Below, piece after piece: positions 8,632 to 18,156 of a DNA stretch of 64,000 nucleotides (position 1 is the first letter of the stretch; the number at the start of each line of letters is the position of its first letter). The position numbers were made by a program, and so were the translations under genes. The notes under the pieces are model-generated. The model was not told the origin of the DNA, did not search any database, and saw only the letters and a program-made list of their open reading frames with translations. The DNA comes from Spirochaetota bacterium (GTDB lineage Bacteria > Spirochaetota > UBA4802 > UBA5550), in contig DAIOFM010000008.1 of the NCBI GenBank assembly GCA_036745755.1, positions 8,373 to 72,372 on the forward strand, in the 5' to 3' direction.

Positions 8632-9807
8632 TTGGTCAAGGTTGAACAGCGAAAATTAAGAAACTTCAATCAGTTCGGAACTGTGGATGACGTGATTGAC
8701 ATCCTGAAGGAACAGTTCTCGACACGCAAACTCTACATGAAATACGATGTGGATAAACGTGAAGTGATGATTAATGAATACAATCCCGACAGGACATTGA
8801 TGGTAGTTACTGACCCTAACTACAAGGGGACCGGTGATATTATTATTTACGGCCTTTCCGACAAATATGTCGAAATTGACCTCGAGGTAATTGAAACACT
8901 GGGGCCAGGTTACTATAAATGCAGGATTAAGAGCGCCAGAAGGGCAACCGAGGGCAGAAGAGACCTGAGGTTTAAATTGAATCAGGGCGAGGCAGTGGCA
9001 ACAAATTTTCGTGTTTCCAAGCATACAATAGACCTGACACGTTTTAATGTGCCTACAAGCATCAAGGTGGTAATAGATCAGTTCCAGTCCGGCAATATGA
9101 AGTTCTGTGATATCTTTAAAATTGACGTTTTCAGCCTGGATAACAGAGATGTGGTGCTGAAAAACATCAAAAACACCGGAAAAACGCTCTTTATTGAAGA
9201 TGTATCCAATCCTGAATCGTACAGGGCAATGACGGACGATTTTATCGATATAGCCGGTATTTACGGGAGTGATCTTGAAAAAATTATAAAGAGAAACGTT
9301 GAGAAGGGCTTTAAATCAATTATAATAGTACCTGTAATTTATATAACTGAAGATGAGAATTCGGTCCCCTTTGCGTATCTTCAGGCTATTTCAAAAAATG
9401 AAACAATGGGGATAGACAGGGTTATTGAACTGAAAGATATGTCTTTCAAACTCGTAGACCGGATCAGGGACGCCAATACACTGCTGGTATCAGTCCATCA
9501 GCAGATAGTTGATATAAGCAGGGGCGGGGCTAAACTGAAAATTACCGACAACGATCTTAAAAAATATATACAGAAATCCAAAGGATTTATATTTGATATA
9601 GTTTTCAAACTTCAGGCGCCGCTGACTATTTATGGTGAAATAAAGTCGGTCTCAACAGATACTGACGGGGATATACTTATCGGGGTCGATTTCGAGGGGA
9701 ATTCGTCAAGAAAAGATGAGATGAAACGGTTTTATGATGTGCTTAAGCCGATGGAATCGGAGTACAAGTCGCGGCTCATTAAAAGCATGAGAAACTCTAA
9801 AAAATAA
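8632..9807 (+). CDS. PilZ domain-containing protein (putative c-di-GMP receptor, YcgR-like two-domain architecture)
   Basis: 391 aa. C-terminal DISRGGAKL (DxSxGG) preceded by an R-rich stretch. N-terminal half has RRATEGRRDLR (RxxxR-like). TTG start, true start uncertain. Confidence 0.4.
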   Translation: MVKVEQRKLRNFNQFGTVDDVIDILKEQFSTRKLYMKYDVDKREVMINEYNPDRTLMVVTDPNYKGTGDIIIYGLSDKYVEIDLEVIETLGPGYYKCRIKSARRATEGRRDLRFKLNQGEAVATNFRVSKHTIDLTRFNVPTSIKVVIDQFQSGNMKFCDIFKIDVFSLDNRDVVLKNIKNTGKTLFIEDVSNPESYRAMTDDFIDIAGIYGSDLEKIIKRNVEKGFKSIIIVPVIYITEDENSVPFAYLQAISKNETMGIDRVIELKDMSFKLVDRIRDANTLLVSVHQQIVDISRGGAKLKITDNDLKKYIQKSKGFIFDIVFKLQAPLTIYGEIKSVSTDTDGDILIGVDFEGNSSRKDEMKRFYDVLKPMESEYKSRLIKSMRNSKK

Positions 9808-9810
9808 CAA

Positions 9811-10530
9811 CTAACCTTCTTTAGTCCTTTTTGCGTCTCTTGCAATCTCAGCATCAGATTTTCTCGCATAAACAGGAACAGTATTCCCGAAAAAAATATA
9901 TTTATCAGGTGATTGTCTGTATTTATTCATTGCGAGACACGAAGTGCTTGCTCCCGAGGGGATGAAATTCTCCAGAAACCTGCAACTGACACCGGTTAAG
10001 GCTGATTTTTCTTCTATGATATTTCTGTACCTGAAACAGCCGTCTCCAATACAGAGAAGGCTGCTCCCCTCCGGAATGCTGCTTAACATGAATTCAATGC
10101 TGTAATCTCCCGCATCCATAAAACATTCATGGGAACAGCGTTGCCCTCCCCGGTATAATGCCCCGAAAACTCTCGATTTTTTTGCGTCAAAAGAGACCAG
10201 TATATTTTCATCGGGATTATTTTCAACTGACGCTGCAAATATATCCTGGGTTATCAGCCCCACAAGCGGTATGTCAAGGATCTGGGCAATCATTCTTGCC
10301 GTTGATACGGCTATGCGCACACCGGTGAAAGAACCGGGGCCGACTCCCGCGGCAATAAGGTCTATGTTCTGAAGCTCCATGGAAGCCTTGTCGAGTATCC
10401 CTTTGATGCTGTCGAACATTGTTATTGAATGGGACATCTTCACGTTCTCGTTAAATTCGAATACTCCATGCTCTGTTGAGAGCGAGATCAGTTCGTAATC
10501 TGTGGCTGTGTCAATTGTCAGGATATTCAA
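9811..10530 (-). CDS. tsaB: tRNA threonylcarbamoyladenosine biosynthesis protein TsaB (YeaZ)
   Basis: 239 aa. MNILTIDTATD... Kae1/YeaZ fold. Overlaps tsaE by 20 nt. Confidence 0.8.
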   Translation of the reverse strand: MNILTIDTATDYELISLSTEHGVFEFNENVKMSHSITMFDSIKGILDKASMELQNIDLIAAGVGPGSFTGVRIAVSTARMIAQILDIPLVGLITQDIFAASVENNPDENILVSFDAKKSRVFGALYRGGQRCSHECFMDAGDYSIEFMLSSIPEGSSLLCIGDGCFRYRNIIEEKSALTGVSCRFLENFIPSGASTSCLAMNKYRQSPDKYIFFGNTVPVYARKSDAEIARDAKRTKEG

Positions 10531-10936
10531 CTGTTATTTTCCTCTCTGTGCTGCTGATATATTCAATATTGATGTCAATTCTTCTTTCCGGGAGTCGGCT
10601 CACCGCGCGTTCAGCCCATTCTATTACCGAGACTCCCTCGTTTTCCCAGTATTCTTCAAAACAGAGGTTTTCAAACTCCCTGTCATTCTCAATCCTGTAC
10701 AGGTCAAAATGGTAAAGAGTTTTGTCTCCTTCGTGTATCTCCATAAGGCTGAAGGTGGGGCTGGTTATATCCTCCTCGATTCCGAGACCTTTTGCGATTC
10801 CCCGAGTAAGGGCTGTTTTGCCGGTGCCCAGTTCTCCATGTAAAGCTATGACGTCTCCGTGATTTGAGTTCTTCCCGATCTCAATTCCCAGGCTTTCCGT
10901 TTCTTCTGGTGTATATGTAGTATGTATTTTTTTCAT
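10511..10936 (-). CDS. tsaE: tRNA threonylcarbamoyladenosine biosynthesis ATPase TsaE (YjeE)
   Basis: 141 aa. P-loop GELGTGKTALTRG and YHFDLYR motif typical of YjeE. Confidence 0.8.
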   Translation of the reverse strand: MKKIHTTYTPEETESLGIEIGKNSNHGDVIALHGELGTGKTALTRGIAKGLGIEEDITSPTFSLMEIHEGDKTLYHFDLYRIENDREFENLCFEEYWENEGVSVIEWAERAVSRLPERRIDINIEYISSTERKITVEYPDN

Positions 10937-11175
10937 TACTCTTTATGTGACGCATTACCAGAGATAATAATATTAATAATCTCTGCAGGCCTTATTTTTT
11001 TCCGGTAAAGGGAATTGTTTTTCCCGCATTGCTATCTATCTCTCTTAATAAATGTCTCTATATGTCAAGGAAAGATTTCGGTAAAGGGGAATATGTTTTT
11101 TAAAAGGATTTTTGCCTGTTCGCGCGGATAATGCGCCTGAAAAAAGGGGAGTCCTGTAATAAAGAGTGCTAAATA

Positions 11176-11203
11176 TTGACATTTTTTTATTTAATTTTAT
11201 AAA
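11176..11203 (+). promoter_or_regulatory. Candidate sigma-70 promoter TTGACA-N16-TATAAA for the TetR gene
   Basis: Read directly: TTGACA 11176-11181, TATAAA 11198-11203. Confidence 0.35.
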
Positions 11204-11294
11204 AAATTAAACTTTTTTAGTATATTCTGATTTTTTTTAATTGCATGAATTCTGATGCCTTTTCTTATGGTATAAAAAAAAGTTAGGTAATGTT

Positions 11295-11885
11295 TTGAGA
11301 GAAACTAAGGAAGAAAAGGTCCGGTCAAGGAAGAAAAGGATTACAGACGCGCTGAAAAGGCTGCTGCAGAAGAGCGTTTATTCACAGATATCCATTCAGG
11401 AAATTGCTGATGAGGCCGGATATTCCAAGGGGGGGGTTCTTCACTATTTCCCCACAAAAGATGATATTTATATTGAGCTTATCAATGAGCTTTACACCGA
11501 TCTTGATCGTAACCATAGAAGAATCCTTCAGATAGATCTGGAACCTGATGAGATTGCCCCTATTTCATCACTCCTCAGTGTTGAGAGTTTTATTCTGGAC
11601 CGCAGTAATATTATAATTCTTATTAATATAATTTTATACTCCTTTGAAAATGAAACCATGCAGAATATGCTTAAAAAATTTTTTGCCAATCATCGTCTTT
11701 TTTTTGAAAGTATTTTAAGCGAAAACGGCAGAACTGAAAAGGGGCCCTTTGAACTTGATGACAAGACCGTGGCGAGGATTATACAGGTTGTTGTATTCTT
11801 TATAGGTCTTATTGAGGAGTTTGACCCGATTGATATTGATTACGCAAAAATAGTCCGGTATGTAACCCACCTGCTCAGGTCCTGA
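11295..11885 (+). CDS. TetR/AcrR family transcriptional regulator
   Basis: 196 aa. N-terminal HTH ISIQEIADEAGYSKGGVLHYFPTKDDIY. TTG start. Confidence 0.75.
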   Translation: MRETKEEKVRSRKKRITDALKRLLQKSVYSQISIQEIADEAGYSKGGVLHYFPTKDDIYIELINELYTDLDRNHRRILQIDLEPDEIAPISSLLSVESFILDRSNIIILINIILYSFENETMQNMLKKFFANHRLFFESILSENGRTEKGPFELDDKTVARIIQVVVFFIGLIEEFDPIDIDYAKIVRYVTHLLRS

Positions 11886-12029
11886 GAACTATAACCGGTT
11901 TATATCCTTTTTATTTTCAACTGTTAAAAAAACTCTCTGTCTGCATCCTCAATAAAGTGCTTGATTCCCGCTGTTATCGATGTTACTTATTCTGGACAGG
12001 TGACGGTTTTTCCGTTTTTCCGTTTTAGC

Positions 12030-12044
12030 GTGCAGGTCCTGCAC
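12030..12044. promoter_or_regulatory. Perfect palindrome GTGCAGG-T-CCTGCAC (candidate TetR-type operator)
   Basis: 7-bp arms. Lies between the TetR gene and the maf-flbD start. Confidence 0.3.
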
Positions 12045-12103
12045 AATAGCCTGGAAATGAATTCAGCGGCATGCTTTCCATCTCTTTTTTATAAAGGAAT
12101 GAT

Positions 12104-13009
12104 ATGATAAACAGAGACGAAATTTATTCGAATCTTAATGCAGGGTTGAAAGGGGAGAGAGGGGAAGCTCTGAAGCGTAACCTGAATAAAAACCTTCCCC
12201 TTATATCATCTGCAGGAGGTTTGGCGGGGGTAGTTGACAGTATCGCGGGTAAACATGCTGTTGTTATAGGGGCCGGCCCATCTCTTGACAGAAATATTAT
12301 TCATTTAAAAAAATACAGGGAGAGGCTTGATTTTGTCTACCTGGCGACTGATATGGCTCTTAAGCCTTTATGCAGGGCCGGTATAACTCCCCGCTTTGTA
12401 ATAACCTGTGAAACAACCCCGGTTGATTTTTTTTCCGGAATTGATACCAGGGATATTCATCTTCTGGCTTTCAGCTGTTCATCCTTCTCTAATCTGAGGA
12501 AATGGAGGGGAGGGATCAGCTTTTATAACTGGATGATCGAAGGGGAGCCTTATACTTCTCTGTGGGATCTGGCAGGGAGAGAGCTGGGGAGTGTTGCTAC
12601 GGGGAGTATTGTTACTACCCAGGCTGTTTCTATTGTTCTCGGGTGCAGTATCTCCTCGCTTGTCCTTGTGGGAAATGATATGGGATTTTATGACAGGTTT
12701 TATGCCGCGGGAACCCTGGGGGGGGAGAAGAGGCATCTCGGTACCGGAAGGTTAAATCCCGGTGAGCGGCTGGAGATGGGATCTGTAAGAAGGAGCAGGT
12801 GTTATGAGGTAAAGCGGGATGGAGCGATATTTTATACCAATAACCAGTTCCTTGCTGCCAAGTACTGGCTTGAGGATCTTTTCGGGAAAAATCCTTATCC
12901 TGTAATTGACTGCAGTGAACCGGGCTGTTCTGAAGGAAGTGTTACCAAAATGGAACTTTATAAATATTTTGAGATCTTTGAAAGGAAAAGGAGGAGGGGG
13001 AGAAGATGA
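12104..13009 (+). CDS. Motility accessory factor (Maf)-like protein, DUF115/MptE-like domain
   Basis: 301 aa. Signature VVIGAGPSLDRN. Stop overlaps the flbD start (ATGA). Confidence 0.55.
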   Translation: MINRDEIYSNLNAGLKGERGEALKRNLNKNLPLISSAGGLAGVVDSIAGKHAVVIGAGPSLDRNIIHLKKYRERLDFVYLATDMALKPLCRAGITPRFVITCETTPVDFFSGIDTRDIHLLAFSCSSFSNLRKWRGGISFYNWMIEGEPYTSLWDLAGRELGSVATGSIVTTQAVSIVLGCSISSLVLVGNDMGFYDRFYAAGTLGGEKRHLGTGRLNPGERLEMGSVRRSRCYEVKRDGAIFYTNNQFLAAKYWLEDLFGKNPYPVIDCSEPGCSEGSVTKMELYKYFEIFERKRRRGRR

Positions 13010-13203
13010 TTATAACTCTTCATAAACTCAATGATGAGAGTTTTTTTCTCAATGCGTACCATGTTGAAATTATTGAAAGTAAACCTGATACTGTAATAAC
13101 CCTGACGAATGACAGGAAATATATAGTGAAAGAGAGCCCTGATGAGGTTATTGAGATGATAAACGCTGCGGCAAGAGAGAGGTATTCTCATCTGAAACGC
13201 TGA
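13006..13203 (+). CDS. flbD: Flagellar protein FlbD
   Basis: 65 aa. MIITLHKLNDESFFLNAYHVEIIE..DTVITLTNDRKYIVKESPDEVIEMI matches the FlbD family. Confidence 0.8.
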   Translation: MIITLHKLNDESFFLNAYHVEIIESKPDTVITLTNDRKYIVKESPDEVIEMINAAARERYSHLKR

Positions 13204-13497
13204 TAATGAGGTTGTTTTTATAATCCCTTTAACTGTCAGGCTGGTGTAATATCGGGCTGTCTGAAGGGGGTGATGAGAAATGGAGTTAGTCCTGTTTTTA
13301 TGCGGGAAAAGTTGATGGCTGTGATGCCTTGATTCTCCATCCTTTTTAAATCTAACCGGCATCCAGCCTCTTTGTCGAAGGATATTAAAGGGTGTCTTCC
13401 GGAAAAAAAGAGTGTTATTATTCCTGTTTAAAACCGATTAGAAAGAATAGAATGGTTTATTTTAAAATGAATAATTTGTGCTAATTGAATAAATTAA

Positions 13498-13527
13498 TTG
13501 ACATGTGGCGTAAACATCTGTTATTAT
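13498..13527 (+). promoter_or_regulatory. Sigma-70-type promoter TTGACA-N18-TATTAT in the 500-bp flbD-fliL spacer
   Basis: TTGACA 13498-13503, TATTAT 13522-13527. Flanked by TGACAT/ATGTCA inverted hexamers. Confidence 0.4.
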
Positions 13528-13713
13528 GTCACATAATTATATTCAGAACCTGTCTTTTTGATTTGGTTTTTTGCATTCGCGTGTGTCGCGCTGTAACGGG
13601 TCCTGTTTTAAAAAAACTTTTTTTGTTTAACGGGGTCTTATATCTGAAAGTGGTATAGTGTGTCTGTATGATTTATTTCATGCAGTCATTATAATATAAG
13701 ATGGCGGTTGGCT

Positions 13714-14241
13714 ATGGGTGATGACGAAAGAGATGTAATGGAAGACGAGGGCAGGGGTTCCGAGTCGGAGTCCGGTGTCAGTACAGGTGCATCCAAAATA
13801 GTAAAAATACTTCTTTATGTCGCTGGCGGTATAATTCTGATTGTACTTATGGTGGGGATTTCTTTTCTTGTTTCCAGTAATATCCAGGAGAGGAAATATC
13901 AGAAAGATCAGGATATAATAGCTGCTCCTCCCCCTGAACCGCTTGCGACCTTTGAGCTCCCTGCTTTTTCGAAAGCCACGACTGATGCTGAACCGCATTT
14001 TATAAAGCTTCAGATATCACTGGCGTATGAGGGTAATCCTGTAATGAGTGCGGAACTCGGCAATCGCAGGGATGAGATTCAGCATATAGTAAACGTGCTT
14101 CTGCAGGGGAAGAGTATTGATGAACTTAATGATAAAAGTGATATGATTACCCTGTCTGAAGAGATAAAGGCCCACATCAATCTGAGGCTTATAGCGGGTA
14201 AAATTAAAGAAGTTTATTTTAAAGAATATCTTATTAACTAG
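13714..14241 (+). CDS. fliL: Flagellar basal body-associated protein FliL
   Basis: Single N-terminal TM helix (ILLYVAGGIILIVLMVGISFLV) followed by the FliL domain. ATG at ~13714. The ORF track gives a TTG at 13708. Confidence 0.7.
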   Translation: MGDDERDVMEDEGRGSESESGVSTGASKIVKILLYVAGGIILIVLMVGISFLVSSNIQERKYQKDQDIIAAPPPEPLATFELPAFSKATTDAEPHFIKLQISLAYEGNPVMSAELGNRRDEIQHIVNVLLQGKSIDELNDKSDMITLSEEIKAHINLRLIAGKIKEVYFKEYLIN

Positions 14242-14273
14242 TTTTGGTTAAATAGCTTTTCCGGGAGGGATGT

Positions 14274-15323
14274 ATGGGAGACGGCTCCTTATCACAAGAT
14301 GAAATTGATGCTCTGTTGCAGGGTGCTGATGATATAGTCTCGGGTCCTGAACCCTCTATGGGGTTTGACGCTCCGGCCGCAGGTGGTGCTTCGTCTTACA
14401 GCCCGGGGGAGCAGAATAATATCAGGAATATTATTAATTCGTCGATATCTCTTGTAGCGCCATCGCTGAGCGGCTATCTGGGCGGAAGGAATCTTGTATT
14501 TTCAAACCCTGTTGTTGAAGTCAAGACCCAGGATGCTGTTAGAAATGATTTCAGCTCCAGGTGTGTACAGGTCGCGATAAATTATACAGGCTCTCTTTCG
14601 GGCCAGAATCTTATAATTTTTAATTATAATGATGCGGGGGTAATCTCCTCCCTTATGATGGGGGATGAGAGCGGAACTCCCCCTGCTGAGATTACTGATG
14701 CTCATCAGAGCACAATCCAGGAGTTCACAAATCAGCTTGTTTCCTCGCTGGCAACGCAGTTCAGCAGTAAGGTCGGGGGAGGGATAAGCACCACTCCGGC
14801 AGTAGTTTCAATTGCCGGAAGCGGCGGGGAACTTCAGCTTCCTGCCGGGGAGATGATTAAGATAACCTATGATATGGCTATTGACGGGGTGATGAGCTCC
14901 AAGCTTTATCATGTAATAGATGCGGGGATTGCGGGGACACTGGGGTCAATAGGCGCTCCCCCTCAACAGCAGCAGTCTCAGTATCAGTACCAGGCGCCGC
15001 AGGCTCAGATCAGTTCTGTCCGGTTTCCTCAGATGGGCGAGAGTATTACAACGGGAGGTTACGGCGACATCAGTCTTCTTCTCGATGTTGAGATGACCAT
15101 GACTGTTGAGCTTGGCCGTACTACTAAACTTGTTAAGGATATACTCGGCCTTGGTGAAGGTTCAATTATCGAGCTTGATAAACTGGCCGGTGAGCCGGTT
15201 GACCTTCTTGTTAACGGTAAGCTTATTGCCAAGGGTGAGGTCGTTGTTATAGATGAGAATTTCGGTGTAAGGGTAACAGATATTGTCAGTCAGGATGAAA
15301 GATTTAAATCTGTTACCAGGTGA
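14274..15323 (+). CDS. fliN: Flagellar motor switch protein FliY/FliN (CheY-P-binding N-terminus + CheC-like middle + FliN/SpoA C-terminus)
   Basis: 349 aa. N-terminal LSQDEIDALL peptide. C-terminal ...VELGRTTKLVKDILGLGEGSIIELDKLAGEPVDLLVNGKLIAKGEVVVIDENFGVRVTDIV FliN signature. Confidence 0.8.
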   Translation: MGDGSLSQDEIDALLQGADDIVSGPEPSMGFDAPAAGGASSYSPGEQNNIRNIINSSISLVAPSLSGYLGGRNLVFSNPVVEVKTQDAVRNDFSSRCVQVAINYTGSLSGQNLIIFNYNDAGVISSLMMGDESGTPPAEITDAHQSTIQEFTNQLVSSLATQFSSKVGGGISTTPAVVSIAGSGGELQLPAGEMIKITYDMAIDGVMSSKLYHVIDAGIAGTLGSIGAPPQQQQSQYQYQAPQAQISSVRFPQMGESITTGGYGDISLLLDVEMTMTVELGRTTKLVKDILGLGEGSIIELDKLAGEPVDLLVNGKLIAKGEVVVIDENFGVRVTDIVSQDERFKSVTR

Positions 15324-15545
15324 TTCTGCCGGTAATGTTTGAATTGTTGAACCTGAAATGGCAGGGAGCGGTTAAAACTGATAACCGTCTGAAGACAGAA
15401 ATAAACTGAGCAGTGTTAAATGTTAACCTGAGTATAGATTCAGGGCCTTATGAGCCTGCATCGGTTTTGTCAGAGGATGCGGGAAAATCCGACAGTTTTA
15501 TTTAACAGGTGATTACAGGAAATTTTTTTATTAAACCGGGAAAAA

Positions 15546-16313
15546 ATGAGACATAATTCAATACTATCTTATCGTTCTGATAAATTTTTTACTTTAGCAT
15601 TTTTTGTTAAGGTATTTTTTGTGCTGCTGCTTGCGGCTTTTTTCTTTTTTCAGGGGAGTGCGCTTTATTCGCAGCAGACAGGTGATCCGGATAAAAAGGC
15701 TGAAAATACGAGCAGCCAGCAGTCCTCTGAACAGGTGAAAGGGGATGAGAAGGTTCCCGGATCGGGGTTTGAGGATGCTGATTTCGGCCCGCAGGTTGAG
15801 GAGGAGTCTGTCGGATGGATGATATTTAAAACTCTTATTGTCCTGGCTCTTTTTGCCGGAGGGTTTTACCTTTTCTACAGGTTTGTGACACAGAAAGCCG
15901 GGCTCCAGGTTTCAGGCCATGAGGCTATTAAAATACTATCAATGGTGCCGGTGGGGCCGAACAGAACGCTGCAGCTTATTGATGTCGCCGGGAGTGTTTT
16001 TCTTCTGGGTGTATCGGAAAGCGGAATTAATATGCTGACCGAGATTAAGGACAAAGAGGAGATCGACAGGATAAGACTTCTCAGTTCAAGGTCAACACCG
16101 GTAAAAGATCTTACGTTTCAGGATTTTATATCAGATCAGGTGGGGAGGGTCGTTGACAGAATAAGTAATGTTAAAGGCAGGATGAGTGATAGAAAGTCCC
16201 GCGGCAGGGGCAAGGCAACAGTTCAGGAATTATCTGAAAGGGATTTTGATTTAAGTTATCTGAACAGTCAGAAAAACAGGCTGAAGAATATAAATGGAAA
16301 TGATGAAGAATAG
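15546..16313 (+). CDS. fliO: Flagellar biosynthesis protein FliO/FliZ
   Basis: 255 aa. Two TM segments. Sits immediately upstream of, and overlapping, fliP. Confidence 0.5.
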   Translation: MRHNSILSYRSDKFFTLAFFVKVFFVLLLAAFFFFQGSALYSQQTGDPDKKAENTSSQQSSEQVKGDEKVPGSGFEDADFGPQVEEESVGWMIFKTLIVLALFAGGFYLFYRFVTQKAGLQVSGHEAIKILSMVPVGPNRTLQLIDVAGSVFLLGVSESGINMLTEIKDKEEIDRIRLLSSRSTPVKDLTFQDFISDQVGRVVDRISNVKGRMSDRKSRGRGKATVQELSERDFDLSYLNSQKNRLKNINGNDEE

Positions 16314-17073
16314 AAAGCTGCTTTACATCCTTTTTGTTTTTGCTGCTGTCATGTTCCCCGTGGTGCTCTGTGCGCAGAGTGCGGGTGGAGTTACTATGCC
16401 GATCCCGAAGATCGCATTTGATATCAGCCAGGCTACCGGGCCGAAGGATGTTGCTCTAAGTCTCCAGATACTCTTTCTTCTTTCTATTCTTACCCTTGCT
16501 CCGTCGATTGTAATAATGATGACCGCTTTTACCAGGGTCGTAATAGTACTTGATTTCGTTAAGCGGGCACTTTCCCTTCAGCAGATGCCTCCGAATCAGG
16601 TGATAGTAGGTCTTTCACTTTTTCTGACATTTTTTATAATGGCCCCGACATTTACTGAAATGAATGATAAGGCGCTCCAGCCTTATCTTAAAGGGCAGAT
16701 ATCGAACCAGCAGTTTTTTGACCGGGGCATGGCGCCTATGAGAGAGTTCATGTTCAGGCAGACCAGGGAAAAGGATATCGCGCTTTTTGTGAAACTTTCA
16801 AAAATCGAAAAGCCGAGGTCAAAGAAAGATATCCCCTCCTATTGCCTTATACCGGCCTTTATGATAAGTGAACTGCGTCTGGCATTTGAAATTGGGGTGT
16901 TTCTGTTTCTTCCTTTTATTGTTATAGATATGATTATAGCCAGTGCTCTCATGGCGATGGGGATGATTATGCTCCCCCCTGTTATGATCTCTCTTCCATT
17001 CAAACTGATTCTTTTTATACTTGTTGATGGGTGGAATCTGCTGGTTTACGAGCTAGTGAGATCTTTCAGGTGA
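16294..17073 (+). CDS. fliP: Flagellar export apparatus protein FliP
   Basis: 259 aa. Signal peptide and conserved FliP core (PSIVIMMTAFTRVVIVL..., LPFKLILFILVDGW). Confidence 0.9.
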   Translation: MEMMKNRKLLYILFVFAAVMFPVVLCAQSAGGVTMPIPKIAFDISQATGPKDVALSLQILFLLSILTLAPSIVIMMTAFTRVVIVLDFVKRALSLQQMPPNQVIVGLSLFLTFFIMAPTFTEMNDKALQPYLKGQISNQQFFDRGMAPMREFMFRQTREKDIALFVKLSKIEKPRSKKDIPSYCLIPAFMISELRLAFEIGVFLFLPFIVIDMIIASALMAMGMIMLPPVMISLPFKLILFILVDGWNLLVYELVRSFR

Positions 17074-17089
17074 AATACGGAGGTAAGTT

Positions 17090-17362
17090 GTGACCGATCT
17101 GCTCGTAATTAAAATAATGAGGGAGTCACTGATGACGGTGCTTATAGTCTCAGCCCCCATACTTGGAGTCGGAATGTTTGTGGGTCTCATCATATCGATT
17201 ATACAGACAACCACTTCTATCCAGGAGCAGACACTGACGTTTGTACCGAAAATCGTGGCAATATTCGTGACCCTGATTCTTCTCGGTTCGTGGATGATAA
17301 GAGTTCTGGTCAATTACGCTAATAATATATTTATGCTCATTGAAAAGATCGGCATGGGTTGA
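17090..17362 (+). CDS. fliQ: Flagellar export apparatus protein FliQ
   Basis: 90 aa. Two TM helices in the FliQ pattern. Confidence 0.85.
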   Translation: MTDLLVIKIMRESLMTVLIVSAPILGVGMFVGLIISIIQTTTSIQEQTLTFVPKIVAIFVTLILLGSWMIRVLVNYANNIFMLIEKIGMG

Positions 17363-17371
17363 TCGGGGTAG

Positions 17372-18151
17372 ATGGAATACTTCGTTACCAATTTTCAGGC
17401 GTTTCTCCTTGTGCTTGTGAGGATAAACGCTATGATTATGATAGCCCCATTTTTTTCAAGTGGGGTTATTCCGTTCAGAGTGAAGGCGCTGATTTCATTT
17501 CTGATAACCCTTGTGGTCTTTCCGGTAATATCTGCCGGGGCCGTAAAAGTCCCGGCGTCAATGGGGCTTTATTATCTCATGGTGCTTCAGGAGGCGGCAA
17601 TAGGGGTTTTTATAGGTTTTCTTGTGTCTGTGGTTTTTGCGGCATTTCAGGTTTCAGGCCAGTTTTACGCAGCGCAGATCGGCTTCGGTATTAATGAGGT
17701 TTATGACCCTCTGGCCCAGGTTTCTGTTCCGCTTGTGGGTCAGCTGAAGAATTTTATAGGTATTCTGGTCTTTCTTATGATAAACGGGCACCATTTTATG
17801 ATAGAGGCTGTCTGCCGTTCATTTGAACTGGCACCGGTTTTCGGAGTAAGCAGAGAGGCAACAGGAGGTCTTCTGAAATACATTGTATATTCTTTCAGCG
17901 GGATGTTCGTAGTGGCGTTGAAGATTGCTCTCCCTATGGTTGCAGTAGCTTTTCTGATCTCGGTAACTATGGGGGTGCTTGCCAAGGCTGCGCCGCAGAT
18001 GAATATCATGATGCTGGGGTTTCCTTTTCAGATTTTCACGGCATTTGTTCTCCTTATTATAACCACTCCGCTGATTGTAAAGATTATGCAGATAGGTGTG
18101 GAGAGGAGCTTTAAAATGCTGACAAATGTTCTTCTGCACTGGCCCGGATAG
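17372..18151 (+). CDS. fliR: Flagellar export apparatus protein FliR
   Basis: 259 aa polytopic membrane protein in conserved position. Confidence 0.85.
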   Translation: MEYFVTNFQAFLLVLVRINAMIMIAPFFSSGVIPFRVKALISFLITLVVFPVISAGAVKVPASMGLYYLMVLQEAAIGVFIGFLVSVVFAAFQVSGQFYAAQIGFGINEVYDPLAQVSVPLVGQLKNFIGILVFLMINGHHFMIEAVCRSFELAPVFGVSREATGGLLKYIVYSFSGMFVVALKIALPMVAVAFLISVTMGVLAKAAPQMNIMMLGFPFQIFTAFVLLIITTPLIVKIMQIGVERSFKMLTNVLLHWPG

Positions 18152-18156
18152 ATGAT

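Noticed and set aside
15370-15400. TGGCAGGGAGCGGTTA resembling a sigma-54 -24/-12 element
   Set aside because: The -12 GC is mispositioned. The TGGCAC-N5-TTGC spacing is not met.
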